NCBI GenBank assembly: GCA_034659095.1
Contig: JAYEGQ010000174.1
Coordinates: forward strand, 1 to 49,957
DNA length: 49,957 bases
Source: Thermotogota bacterium
GTDB lineage: Bacteria; Thermotogota; Thermotogae; MWEM01
Direction: 5' to 3'
Both the position numbers and the translations under genes were made by a program. The notes under the pieces are model-generated. The model had not been told where the DNA came from. It was given only the letters and a program-made list of their open reading frames with translations, and searched no databases. Positions 1 to 9,625 of the stretch are shown one piece after another (the stretch's first letter is position 1; the number at the start of each line of letters is the position of its first letter).

Positions 1-359
1 TCCTTACCCTCAAAAGACAGATAAACCATTGAATCAGCCATATTTTTTCCCAAAAAAGCAATGGCCTCATCGGGATAGATAATATCAATTCCCAAAAATT
101 TAACCCTTGAGCCATCAACGATATTTAAAAAAACTCGACCTGAAGAATCTTTGTCTATAGATGTTATTTTTACTTTTTGGGTAAAAATGGGTTCAAGACC
201 TATTAAATTTCTGTCATAAGAAAATTCATTTATTTCAATCTTTTCAGCAAAAGACATAATAGCCAAAAAGATAAAAGCTAAGCAAATAAGGGTTCTCATT
301 TTTAAATAACATGATGTGATTATTTGATAACCAAGTGGGTTCCAAATACGAGTTTTCAT
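1..359 (-). CDS. hypothetical exported protein, 3' end lies outside the window (weak staphylococcal-nuclease-like VKFLGIDxxxPDE motif)
   Basis: Minus-strand open frame runs off the left edge, so it is absent from the ORF track. ATG at 359 has AAGGGGG 4 nt upstream. An in-frame ATG at 299 begins a classic signal peptide, MRTLICLAFIFLAIMSFA. Confidence 0.45.
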   Translation of the reverse strand, partial: MKTRIWNPLGYQIITSCYLKMRTLICLAFIFLAIMSFAEKIEINEFSYDRNLIGLEPIFTQKVKITSIDKDSSGRVFLNIVDGSRVKFLGIDIIYPDEAIAFLGKNMADSMVYLSFEGK

Positions 360-374
360 TCAACCCCCTTTTCT

Positions 375-1559
375 TTACAGACTCTGAAAAAATAGTCTGA
401 GAACTTCTGCTCCTCCAATTAGTGTCCCTATTGTACTGCCAACGTTGGCAAGAATCACAACCAATAAAACCTTTGTCACCTTATTTTTCCAAAATCCTTT
501 GAAACTCATCACATCATCAGATAGCGATTGGAAATCTTTTACACTAGGTTTTCTGATCAGTGCTTCTACCAAACCGGCAAACCATCCCGCTGCCAACAAG
601 GGATTCAAAGAAGAAACAGGTGCTATGGCAAATGCCGTTAAGATGGATAGGGGATGTGCAAGTGCAGCCAAAGTTCCCAAAGCAGATAACGAACCGTTCC
701 AAAGAATCCAACTCATGATCTGGGCCCACCCGGAGGGTGGATTCAGAAAAAACGTGTAAACGATCAAGGCAATGATGATGACCGGTATAGCCCAAAGCAC
801 AATCTTCCATGCATTTGATCCCTGCGGCACCGTTGTTATTTTTTTCATATCCTGTTCTTTTTTCAATTCTTGTTTGATGCCGGGGATATGGGCTGCTCCC
901 AAAACAGCCAGGATTTTCTTTCCGGGAGCTGTCTTGATTTTATTGGCCAAATACTGATCTCTTTCATCCACAAGGGTTTCCTTCAATTCTGGAAAGGAAT
1001 CGGATAGTTCGGATAAAGTCGTCGTTAACATATCCTCGGATTTCATCTTCTCAAGTTCTTCCTCTGTGATTTCCTCTTTTGAGAAAATACTGGCGATGAT
1101 CATGACCAACAATTTCATTTTGCCCCAAAATTTCATACCCCGCCAAATTCTTAAAAAGGTGATTTTAATATCCCTGTCAGCCAATACCAGTTTTGCGTCA
1201 ATGTCTTTGGCGGCGTTGACTCCCTCTATCATCTCCGCCCCAGCGTTGATGCCAAACTGTTTGGCGATTCTTTTTTGATAGGAAGATAAAGCAAGATTGA
1301 CAAGTAAAAAAGTGGCTTGCTTGCTTTTAATAATTTTGATGATATCCATCTTTTCCCATTTATTTTTATTAAAGATCGAATCGTATCTTCCCTTGTCCAA
1401 CTCTACACAGACCGTATCCGGTTTCTCTGTCTCGATTAATTCTCGAACCTGTTGGGCACTTTGTTTCGATACATGGGCTGTGCCAAGTAAAATCAATTCT
1501 TTTCCTTCATAGTCTATGCGATGAACATTTTTGATCGCTTCCGTTGTTTCGTTTTCCAC
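375..1559 (-). CDS. TraB/GumN (PrgY-like) family protein with C-terminal membrane domain
   Basis: 394-aa ORF. The N-terminus, ELILLGTAHVSKQSAQQVRELIETEKPDTVCVELD, is the TraB-family signature. The C-terminal approx. 150 aa are hydrophobic helices. Confidence 0.85.
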   Translation of the reverse strand: MENETTEAIKNVHRIDYEGKELILLGTAHVSKQSAQQVRELIETEKPDTVCVELDKGRYDSIFNKNKWEKMDIIKIIKSKQATFLLVNLALSSYQKRIAKQFGINAGAEMIEGVNAAKDIDAKLVLADRDIKITFLRIWRGMKFWGKMKLLVMIIASIFSKEEITEEELEKMKSEDMLTTTLSELSDSFPELKETLVDERDQYLANKIKTAPGKKILAVLGAAHIPGIKQELKKEQDMKKITTVPQGSNAWKIVLWAIPVIIIALIVYTFFLNPPSGWAQIMSWILWNGSLSALGTLAALAHPLSILTAFAIAPVSSLNPLLAAGWFAGLVEALIRKPSVKDFQSLSDDVMSFKGFWKNKVTKVLLVVILANVGSTIGTLIGGAEVLRLFFQSL

Positions 1560-1688
1560 AAACTCACTCCTCTCAAACTAAGACAATAAAACTGTTGGGT
1601 TTGACCCCATTTTACCAGTCTATTTTACCATATCATCTTCTTGAAAATTTTCTTTTTGTGAGATGCGTAACAATTAAGAAAAAGAACG

Positions 1689-1717
1689 TTGAACGAACGG
1701 GTGTTTCACTGTATAAT
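1689..1717 (+). promoter_or_regulatory. sigma70-type promoter for the DUF45 hydrolase gene
   Basis: TTGAAC (1689-1694), a 17-nt spacer, then TATAAT (1712-1717). The GGGGTGA RBS and ATG 1733 follow. Confidence 0.5.
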
Positions 1718-1732
1718 CAACCGGGGTGAAAG

Positions 1733-2494
1733 ATGAAAACTTTTGAGGGGCTAATCGTTCAAACGAACCGTTCTAAAAGAAAGACAGTGTCGATACAGGT
1801 TCTAAAGGAACAAAACGATCAAATCATTCTTTTTATCAAGATACCGGAGTCTATTGATCATGAACAGTTGCGAACAATTCTTGAAGCCAAACGTTCCTGG
1901 ATTATGAAAGCAAAAGAGACCGTGTTGCTTCGGGAAAACGCAAGGGCTCAATGGCTATCTGATTACAGTATTAAACAAAATGGGAAACTCCCTTTTAAGG
2001 GCAAAACAGTCACGCTGAACTTTTTATTGAAATTTTCCACTACCAACATAACTGTTAAAGGAAATGATGATGAAATAACCGTTATCACAAACCCCTATTA
2101 TAAAACTTATCATTCGGATCTTTCCTTCATGCTAAAGGATTACTATTATAAAATGGCTTATAAAGAATTTTCAGGAATTATTCAGAATTATTCCAAAAAA
2201 TACGGGTTTAAAGTGAATCAGATACGAATAAAAGACACAAAAACCCGATGGGGCAGTTGCTCTGCCAAGATGAATGTGAATCTCAACTGGAAATTAATCA
2301 TTGCTCCCCATCGGGTTTATGAATATGTGATAGTCCATGAACTTTGTCATATGGGATGTTGGAATCACAGCCAACAGTTTTGGGATCGTGTCGCTGCTAT
2401 CTTACCGGATTACAAGGACAGAAAAGATGAATTAAAACGAATTTCTGCATTCCTCTCCGCTTTTGACTTTTCAAAGCTGGAAATGGAATTATAA
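1733..2494 (+). CDS. YgjP-like (DUF45) M48-family zinc metallohydrolase
   Basis: 253-aa ORF with the HExxH motif in VIVHELCHMGCWNHSQQFW, plus TRWGSCS upstream. Both are typical of DUF45/SprT-like hydrolases. Confidence 0.85.
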   Translation: MKTFEGLIVQTNRSKRKTVSIQVLKEQNDQIILFIKIPESIDHEQLRTILEAKRSWIMKAKETVLLRENARAQWLSDYSIKQNGKLPFKGKTVTLNFLLKFSTTNITVKGNDDEITVITNPYYKTYHSDLSFMLKDYYYKMAYKEFSGIIQNYSKKYGFKVNQIRIKDTKTRWGSCSAKMNVNLNWKLIIAPHRVYEYVIVHELCHMGCWNHSQQFWDRVAAILPDYKDRKDELKRISAFLSAFDFSKLEMEL

Positions 2495-2500
2495 AGACGC

Positions 2501-4240
2501 TTATTCCAATTCCTCGATCAACTTTCCGATATAGTCGAACCCCTTTTGCCAGAAAGACTGATCTGTCAAGTCTATTCCCAGTTGATTCAATAATCTATCC
2601 GGTCTATCATTACCGCCGCTTTCAAGCAGTTGGAAATAATGTGGAATCATTTTCTCGCCCTCTTCCTTGTGTTTTTCATATAAGGCAATGACCAGCAGAT
2701 TGGCAAAGTTGTAGGCATAGACGTAGAAAGGTACGTTGAAAATATGGGGAATCGTGGCCCATTCCCATTTATACTCTTCTGTAATCTTGACACTGTCGGA
2801 GAACATGATCTTCAATTCTTTTTCATAGAGTTGGGACAAATCATCCCATGAGGCAAATCCGGATTCGGAAATCAGATCGTGGCTTTGCAGTTCGAATCTT
2901 GCAAACATGTTCTGCCGGAAAGTGGTGGCAAAATTCCCCTCTATCGTTGAAGCCAGGAACAGTTGCTTCTCCTTTGCACTCAATGTGGGTAAGAGTCTGT
3001 CAAAAACCAGGAATTCACCGAAAACGGAAGCCACTTCAGCCATGGTTAAGGGAGTGTGATAATTCAACATGGTTTGTTTGGCGGAAAGGGTTCCGTGCAG
3101 ACCGTGCCCCAGTTCATGGGCCATCGTAAGCACATCGTTGATGGAATTGTTATGATTCAGCAAAACAAATGGTTTCCCGTTTGGAACGTAATAAGAGCAA
3201 AAAGCGCCACTGTCTTTTCCGGGTAAAACATCCGAGTGAATCCGGTTTTCATTGAAAAAACTCTCAACGATTTGGCCGGCTTTCTCGGTGAATTGGTAAT
3301 AAGTATCCACAACGATATCCTTGGCCTCATCAAATGAATACTCCCGTTTCACTTGTTCCAAAGGGGAATAAATGTCTGCCAGTTCCAGGTCAAGCCCCAT
3401 CTTTTTTCTTTTCCAATTGTAGTATTTTGAAACCAGGTTGGTGTTGGAAACGGTGGTTTGAATCAATTGCTGAACGATCTCATCTTCCGTTTCATTGGAC
3501 ATATTTCTCATGGATACCGGTGTCTTGTACTTTCTGATTTTGGACTCAATATCGTAGTCTTTGGCGATGTTGTTGTAAAGGCCGGTAATAACTGTCTTGT
3601 CTTTTTCATAACCCCTGAGTAATTTCTTCATGGCCTCACGCCTCAACTTAGACTCCGGACTGTAGCGAAGATTACGCATTTGGGAATTATTCAGTTGTTT
3701 GGCTTCTCCATCGATTTCCATTTCAAACATATATGCAGAAGTCACTTTATTGTACAAAGAACCCAGATTGTCTCTCCCCGTTGCACTTTTTGCCGCTAAA
3801 ACCTGTTCTGTTTCTGTGGAGAGTGTGTGGGTCTTTCTTTTCTTAATTCGTTCAATCACCCATGCATAATTGTTGCTTTCATCTTTGATCCGTTGCAGTT
3901 CCTCATCACTGTGCTGTAAAAGGGTGGGATTGATAAATGAAAAACACTGCTCAACATCAGCCATAACGGTTTCAACCCGTCCTGCCAATTTTTGCGCAAC
4001 GATATTTTGTGTGTTCTCGGCAAACAACAACCCTGAAAACTGGGCCACCCGTGCACCATATTCTTCAATTTCTTCCTGTTCTTTGAACATTCTATCGACC
4101 AATTCTACAGACAACGGGCCACTTAATTGTTCCTTATATCGTTTTTCAAAATCTTTTGCCCGATCTAAAACGATTTGTATATCCTTTTCAATTTGCGGGT
4201 CAACTGCACCGTTGTAAAAAAAAGTCAAATCCCATTTCAT
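2501..4240 (-). CDS. pepF: oligoendopeptidase F, M3B family
   Basis: 579-aa ORF with zinc motif TMAHELGHGLH and PepF-like length and layout. Confidence 0.9.
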   Translation of the reverse strand: MKWDLTFFYNGAVDPQIEKDIQIVLDRAKDFEKRYKEQLSGPLSVELVDRMFKEQEEIEEYGARVAQFSGLLFAENTQNIVAQKLAGRVETVMADVEQCFSFINPTLLQHSDEELQRIKDESNNYAWVIERIKKRKTHTLSTETEQVLAAKSATGRDNLGSLYNKVTSAYMFEMEIDGEAKQLNNSQMRNLRYSPESKLRREAMKKLLRGYEKDKTVITGLYNNIAKDYDIESKIRKYKTPVSMRNMSNETEDEIVQQLIQTTVSNTNLVSKYYNWKRKKMGLDLELADIYSPLEQVKREYSFDEAKDIVVDTYYQFTEKAGQIVESFFNENRIHSDVLPGKDSGAFCSYYVPNGKPFVLLNHNNSINDVLTMAHELGHGLHGTLSAKQTMLNYHTPLTMAEVASVFGEFLVFDRLLPTLSAKEKQLFLASTIEGNFATTFRQNMFARFELQSHDLISESGFASWDDLSQLYEKELKIMFSDSVKITEEYKWEWATIPHIFNVPFYVYAYNFANLLVIALYEKHKEEGEKMIPHYFQLLESGGNDRPDRLLNQLGIDLTDQSFWQKGFDYIGKLIEELE

Positions 4241-4277
4241 ATGAATACCTCCATTTTTTTGTTTTTATATTATAGCA

Positions 4278-5603
4278 TCACTTTTTTCGATTTGCTTTTA
4301 GCCCCGCTCTTCCTCCAATCATCATTCTGTAGAACGGCAGGATGTACAAAAAGAAAGCAAAAGGGATGAATCTGGCATCAAAGCCAAGCATCTTGGCTGG
4401 AATAAGGCTTGCCACATTCCAGGGTATGAGAACCGATATGACCACCGCGCTGTCGGCGATGTCCAAAGCTAAATGGTAATTGTTTTTGCCTTCTAATGCG
4501 TATGGTTTCTTGAGTAATTGTTCACTCATGATGATGGCCAATGCCTGAGTAACGCCCAAAGACGAAGTAATGATACTGGTGATAACAGTGGTAAAAAAGG
4601 GGTAGGTCTTTTGGGCCAGGGATTCGATTTTCTTTTCAAAGGCCACTATCAAATCCGTATGCTCAAACAAGCCTGCAAAAGCGGATGAGGCCAAGACTAT
4701 CAACATGGCGTTGAACATAAAAGCCACGCCCCCTCCTCTGAATATTTCAACCAGGGGATCGGCAGGCTTGAGAGAAAAACCAAAAATCATGGTTTTTAAC
4801 AAATCCAATGTTTCCATTTTTTGTGTAATAACGGTTAAAATCAAAGCGATAAGACTGGCACATATCATGGCGATTTTCACGTTTATTTTCAACAACACCA
4901 AAACAATCAATCCAATAATGGGAAGCGCACATAAAAACGAGAGGTTAAAGGATATGGGAATCCGTGAGATAAGCGTGGAATCAGAAGACGTAAAGGGGTA
5001 GATAAACGACAGGATCAGGTAAAAAAGAGACGCTAATACCAATGGAATGAAACCAGTTTTGAACATGTTTTTGATATTTGAATAAATGTTGGTTTTTGTT
5101 ACGGTTGCTACCAGATGGACACTGGAAGACATGGGAGAATTTCGGTCTCCCACATAAGCCCCACTCATGATAGCCCCCACAAGTGGCGCCATGGAAATAT
5201 TTCCCGTTTGAGCCATGATTATGAGAATAATCCCAATGGTTCCCACCGTTCCAAATGAAGTTCCCAACAAAAAAGAAACCAATGTACTTACCAAAAAGGC
5301 AAAAAGGATGAAAAGTTCCGGGATGATCAAAGACAAACCGTTGTACACAATCCATGCGATGGTTCCTGATGAAAACCACAAACCTATCAAGATCCCGATG
5401 AGTGTAAAAATCTGAACCACCGGCCAGGTTTTCATAGCTCCTTGAAAGAGCATTTTCAGAACTTTCTTCAATGGCCAGCCCCTCTTTACCACGATCATGG
5501 AAAAGAGAAAAAGGGCGAAAAGAATGGGGTAGAGAATAAACACATCAAAAAGCGTGCTGACAATCAGCATGATAAAAATGATTGTGAATGCATAAATGAT
5601 CAT
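4278..5603 (-). CDS. NhaC-family Na+/H+ antiporter-like membrane transporter
   Basis: 441-aa polytopic membrane ORF of approx. 11-12 helices. Composition and length are NhaC-like. The family call rests on overall resemblance only. Confidence 0.7.
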   Translation of the reverse strand: MIIYAFTIIFIMLIVSTLFDVFILYPILFALFLFSMIVVKRGWPLKKVLKMLFQGAMKTWPVVQIFTLIGILIGLWFSSGTIAWIVYNGLSLIIPELFILFAFLVSTLVSFLLGTSFGTVGTIGIILIIMAQTGNISMAPLVGAIMSGAYVGDRNSPMSSSVHLVATVTKTNIYSNIKNMFKTGFIPLVLASLFYLILSFIYPFTSSDSTLISRIPISFNLSFLCALPIIGLIVLVLLKINVKIAMICASLIALILTVITQKMETLDLLKTMIFGFSLKPADPLVEIFRGGGVAFMFNAMLIVLASSAFAGLFEHTDLIVAFEKKIESLAQKTYPFFTTVITSIITSSLGVTQALAIIMSEQLLKKPYALEGKNNYHLALDIADSAVVISVLIPWNVASLIPAKMLGFDARFIPFAFFLYILPFYRMMIGGRAGLKANRKK

Positions 5604-5725
5604 TGGTGTTTTAAGGAAATTCCTACAAAATTATAATTCAATTTCTAATCAACTCCTTAGATCCTAACGCTTCGATCCCGATACCCTGTATATGATAGCA
5701 TAATCCGTTTTAGCATTAGTAACTG

Positions 5726-6630
5726 TCAACGACTATCACTAACCTTCAGATAAACCAATAACACAGCAATCGTAATAACAAATGGAATGGACTGCACCAG
5801 TTCATTGGGAATATCTGCCATTTGCAGGGAATATGAGAGAGACTCTCCCGTTGAAAAAAGCAGTGAACTCAACGTTACACCTAAGATACTCTTTCCTCCC
5901 AAAGCCTGTGCTGCAAGGGTTATCCACCCTCTGCCGCCTGTCATATCCCTTGTAAACCAGGAAATGTATCACATGGAAAGAAACATTCCACTCAATCCCG
6001 CCAATATTCCGCTGAGCATCAATGCGATGGCTTTGATTTTATTCACAGACAGTCCTACCGAAATCGCTGCTTCTGGGTTTTCACCCACGGCTTTTAAATG
6101 AGTTCCAAAAAGAGTTTTCCTGATAAGCAGATAAACAAAAAAACCGAGCTATAAGCACAATAGGTTAGGGCGTTTTGATTGTTCAAAATCTCGTCTAGAA
6201 ATGGTATCTTGTCCAAGAAGTCAAAATGAAGTTGTGGAAATACAGCGGATTACAAAGATGATGTGTTGCCTTTCTGGCCTGAAACAGCTAACAGTAAAAA
6301 AACTGTTAAACCGCTGGAAAGGATATTGATGGCGATGCCTGTAAGAATGATATTGGCCTTATATTTTAAAGAAAAGACACAAAGAATTACTGAAAGGATC
6401 AGCGCACTTGCCAAACCCCCAAACAATCCTATGAGCAATGATTGACTCAGTGCACTAACAATCGTTCATGAAAAGGCGGCAAACAACATGATTCCCTCCA
6501 AGGCTACATTGGGTGTTCCTGCAAGGGAAGCAATTAATGCTCCCATTGAGGCAAACAACAACGGTGTACTGACTCTGATAATCGTTGCAAAAAATGAAGG
6601 CTTCATCAGGATATCCAATAGATTAACCAT
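5726..6630 (-). pseudogene. BMP-family (nucleoside/sugar type) ABC transporter permease, inactivated
   Basis: The reading frame starts at ATG 6630, in an ATGGTTAA overlap with the upstream permease stop. It is broken by an in-frame TGA at 6466-6468, an in-frame TAA at 6250-6252, a frameshift at the A7/T7 run 6137-6143, and an in-frame TGA at 5969-5971. Family motifs remain readable across the lesions: LKAVGENPEAAISVGLSVNKIK and FTRDMTGGRGWITLAA. Confidence 0.8.
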
Positions 6631-6820
6631 GTGAATGACACCTCAATTTTCTTATGGATAAACGAAAAAATTCAGAGGTAAATAACCCTTCTGCGGTTAA
6701 AAAGATGATGATAATGGCTTGAATGATCTTCACCAAATCCGGAGAGACATCCGTATATATCTGCCCATATTTTGAGCTCCCACTCGAATATAGGTCAAAA
6801 ATGCAGCGGAAAGGGGAACG
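6623..6820 (-). pseudogene. C-terminal remnant of the first ABC transporter permease, truncated by an IS remnant
   Basis: Only the last approx. 65 codons remain (PLSAAFLTYIRVGAQNMG, a frameshift, then QIYTDVSPDLVKIIQAIIIIFLTAEG). Homology stops where transposase homology starts on the other strand. Confidence 0.55.
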
Positions 6821-6822
6821 TA

Positions 6823-7266
6823 AAGCTTGGCCGATTCGTCCTGGTGAGCAATGATACACAAATGAGAGCAGAAGAGGCCCTGACCCTTTACAAAGAACAA
6901 AGCTGAGTCGAAAGAGGCTTCAGGTTTCTCAAAGATCCTACCTTTCGAGTCAGTGAGATCCTGCTCAAAAAAACACAGCGGATACAAGCGTTGCTGATGG
7001 TGATGGTATTAACCCTGTTTGTTTACAACTACCTGGAAAGAGAATTGAGAAAACTCATTGTAGAACAAAACGAAATGGTTGAAAATCACGTCAAAAAACG
7101 CATTACCAATCCTACGATGAAAATGGTGATTTTTCAATTTAGAGGCATACACACCGTAAAACACGGCCCTTCGCACGAGAACCAAGAACAGGCGGAAACG
7201 CTGAATGCCAAGCAAAAACACATACTATCCATCCTTGGTCAGAGTTACCAAAAGCTGTATGTTTAA
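6823..7266 (+). mobile_element. IS1634/IS4-like transposase C-terminal remnant
   Basis: The plus-strand translation reads LGRFVLVSND..EEALTLYKEQS*VERGFRFLKDPTFRVSEILLKKTQRIQALLMVMVLTLFVYNYLEREL, the conserved C-terminal block of IS1634/IS4 DDE transposases. There is an in-frame TGA at 6904-6906. The N-terminal approx. 3/4 of the transposase is absent. The right boundary may extend to approx. 7371. Confidence 0.7.
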
Positions 7267-7371
7267 CGCATGCATGGGATAGGTCTAAGCATTGGATGAA
7301 CAACAGGGGGGAAAAGATGTTCTAAGGAGTAATATAAAGCGGTTTGTTAAATGATTCATATGGGTTTGTTT

Positions 7372-7857
7372 CTATAGGATGTTATAGTCTTTTTGTTTTT
7401 TTGAGATTATTTGTATTTTTACTTTTTGTATTGTGCTCTGCGGAATGTGAGATATGTCATACTGAGTTAGAAATTTTTTCAGGGTTTCTTTCATTTTCCT
7501 GTGATTTATAAAAAAGAAACGTTTGGGTTCAATGCCCAAGTAACAATTTTCCAGTACAGATAGAGACGGAACCAGTTTGAAATGTTGGTGAATCATACCT
7601 ATTCCGGCCTGTATTGACTCAAAGGTTGTTTGAAAACGAGTCTTTTTGCCTTTGAATATCATTTCTCCGAAAGTAGGTTGAATCAAACCAAAAAGTATAT
7701 TCATCAAAGTGATTTTACCCGCACCGTTTTCACCAAGAATCACGTGGATTCGACCTCTCTGAAGGGTTAAATTTATATTATCATTGGCAACTACCTGATT
7801 GGGATAAATTTTGGTTATTCCGTTTAATTGCATCAAAGGGTCATCGGTTAGTGACAT
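7372..7857 (-). pseudogene. ABC transporter ATP-binding protein, N-terminal fragment only
   Basis: Contains the Walker A motif GENGAGKITL and the Q-loop IGMIHQHF, but ends after 161 aa. Two-domain ATPases of this transporter class are approx. 500 aa. It abuts the IS remnant. Confidence 0.75.
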
Positions 7858-7860
7858 CTT

Positions 7861-8730
7861 TCACCTCTGTTGTTGTTTAAGCCTTTGAGCCGCAAACTCA
7901 TTTCCCTTATGACAAGCTGTTTTTAAATCCTGTGTTGTCAGTATGCCAAGGATAAAACCGGCGTTAAATGCATCTCCCGCTCCAATACTGTCCGTGGTTG
8001 TTACAATAGTTGTCGTTGGCACAAGATAATTGTCTGTAGAGTTTTTTACCGAAACTCCTTTGGCCCCTTCTTTGATGATGAAAGTGGATTCAAATTCTCC
8101 AATATCTAAAGCATGTTTTTTTCTTAACAAGTCAAATTCTTCACGATTTGGTAAAAAATAATCAGTGTGTTGAAGGGCCTCTAATACTTCCGACAAATGA
8201 TTCCTTACCGTATTGGTTCCTGGGTCCATAGAAACGGGAACGCCATTCTTTTTGGCTTGTTTCATGGCAAAAATCGCACGTTCGTATTGTTCTTTTACCC
8301 CCAAGAGATATCCCGAAACATGCAACCAGTGGATGTTGTTGATAAATTTTTCGTATATAGATTCATCCATTGGAATTGGCATGGTAGAGCGGGAAGAAAT
8401 CATCGTACGTTTTCCATTTGGTGACAACAATATATAGATTTTCCCGGTATTGGTTTCTTCCCGAAAAACGAACAGATCATCGATTTGCGCCTTTTTCAAC
8501 GCCCCTTTGATAAAATCCCCAGCAGTATCTTTGCCAAAAGTTGACAGCAGCAAAGGGTGCAATTGAGTAGCCGTAAGCTCATATGCAGTATTTAATGCTG
8601 AACCGCCCAAACGATATTGTTCATTCTTCAAAACGACTTCGGAATCTTCCACCGGGAAATCATCTACTTGTAGTAAAATATCTAAAATTATATCACCGAT
8701 AATACCTACTTTGTTCAAATTCAACACCAT
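7861..8730 (-). CDS. PfkB-family carbohydrate/nucleoside kinase (ribokinase-like; possibly pseudouridine kinase)
   Basis: Contains the GAGDAFNAGF anion-hole motif and an N-terminal VGIIGDIILD. The start is moved to ATG 8730, preceded by AGGGAAGG. The 15 upstream codons of the tracked ORF lack an RBS. Confidence 0.85.
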   Translation of the reverse strand: MVLNLNKVGIIGDIILDILLQVDDFPVEDSEVVLKNEQYRLGGSALNTAYELTATQLHPLLLSTFGKDTAGDFIKGALKKAQIDDLFVFREETNTGKIYILLSPNGKRTMISSRSTMPIPMDESIYEKFINNIHWLHVSGYLLGVKEQYERAIFAMKQAKKNGVPVSMDPGTNTVRNHLSEVLEALQHTDYFLPNREEFDLLRKKHALDIGEFESTFIIKEGAKGVSVKNSTDNYLVPTTTIVTTTDSIGAGDAFNAGFILGILTTQDLKTACHKGNEFAAQRLKQQQR

Positions 8731-8806
8731 CCTTCCCTTTATTATACCTGAGATTATTATCAATGATATAATCAATCACCATCAATAAACCAACGAGGTG
8801 ATCATC

Positions 8807-9598
8807 ATGGAAATAACATTTCTGGGAACAGCCGGAGCAATTCCCACTGCAGCGCGAACGAACACTTCACTTTGGGTTGAGAATAATAAAACGGCAATCA
8901 TCATAGATTGTTCAGGCGATATTTTACACAAATTAAAACGTTACGATTTGCATTATGAGCGACTGGAACATGTCATCATAACCCATGGTCATATCGATCA
9001 TACATTTGGATTACCCTCACTTATTGAAAGTCTAAGATTAGAGGGTCGAAAACAAGCCCTTCACCTTTATATTAACGAAGATGCCTTTAAAAAACAATAT
9101 GAAATACTGGAATCATGCAATTTGTTGCACAGAGAGGATGGTTTTTCCATCATCTTTCACAGCATCCCCTTGATAAATCATTATCATTTATTGACAGAAG
9201 AGGGTCTTGATGTGTTCACCCATCCGGTTAAACACCTCATTCCCAATGTGGCAATAAGACTGTCCAACGGCATGATGAGTTTCACCTACTCCAGCGATAC
9301 AGAGCCATTTGAAGGCTTTGTGGATTTTGCCATGAACACGGATGTACTGATCCACGAATGTATGTGTGCAAAATGGTTCAGTGATCCGTTGGTTGGCCAT
9401 TCAAGAACGGATCAAGTGGGACAAACCGCTCAAAAAGTGCATGCAAAAGTCCTTTATCCGGTGCATTTTTCGCCAAAAATTGACGAGGATCCTGAGCGTT
9501 TTAAAGAAGAAATTGCACAAGAGTACACGGGAACTATCATTATTCCCCATGATGGGTTCAAATTCCGATTGAAAGATGATAAAATAGAGAAAATCTGA
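8807..9598 (+). CDS. MBL-fold metallo-hydrolase (RNase Z-like)
   Basis: Contains the HxHxDH motif ITHGHIDH. The N-terminus is MEITFLGTAGAIPT. GAGGTGA lies 7 nt before ATG 8807. Confidence 0.8.
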   Translation: MEITFLGTAGAIPTAARTNTSLWVENNKTAIIIDCSGDILHKLKRYDLHYERLEHVIITHGHIDHTFGLPSLIESLRLEGRKQALHLYINEDAFKKQYEILESCNLLHREDGFSIIFHSIPLINHYHLLTEEGLDVFTHPVKHLIPNVAIRLSNGMMSFTYSSDTEPFEGFVDFAMNTDVLIHECMCAKWFSDPLVGHSRTDQVGQTAQKVHAKVLYPVHFSPKIDEDPERFKEEIAQEYTGTIIIPHDGFKFRLKDDKIEKI

Positions 9599-9625
9599 CA
9601 GAAACAAAATACGGGGAGGTTGACA

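Noticed and set aside
445-759. Many 60-150-aa ORFs in the track lie antisense to, or out of frame within, long well-supported genes. Examples: 445-759, 3870-4217, 4981-5379, 10571-11023, 13824-14192, 16148-16528, 20830-21192, 31064-31528, 42203-42547, 43056-43448, 44053-44403 and 48093-48437.
   Set aside because: They are shadow ORFs of the real genes. They have no RBS, their composition is low-complexity or Cys/His-rich as expected from antisense translation, and they fully overlap genes with strong family motifs.
5969-6906. In-frame TGA codons fall at positions where Gly (permease, 6466-6468 and 5969-5971) or Trp (transposase, 6904-6906) is expected. This raised the possibility of TGA recoding (genetic code 25 or 4).
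   Set aside because: TGA is used as the genuine stop of several intact genes in the window, including psuG, iorA, yjbQ and the first LysO-family ORF. The same loci also carry TAA stops and frameshifts. Ordinary pseudogene decay explains everything.
8741-8746. A TATAAT hexamer on the minus strand lies just upstream of the PfkB kinase start.
   Set aside because: It lies only 10 nt from the ATG and overlaps the RBS region, so it cannot serve as the -10 box of an RBS-dependent mRNA. No -35 box is present.
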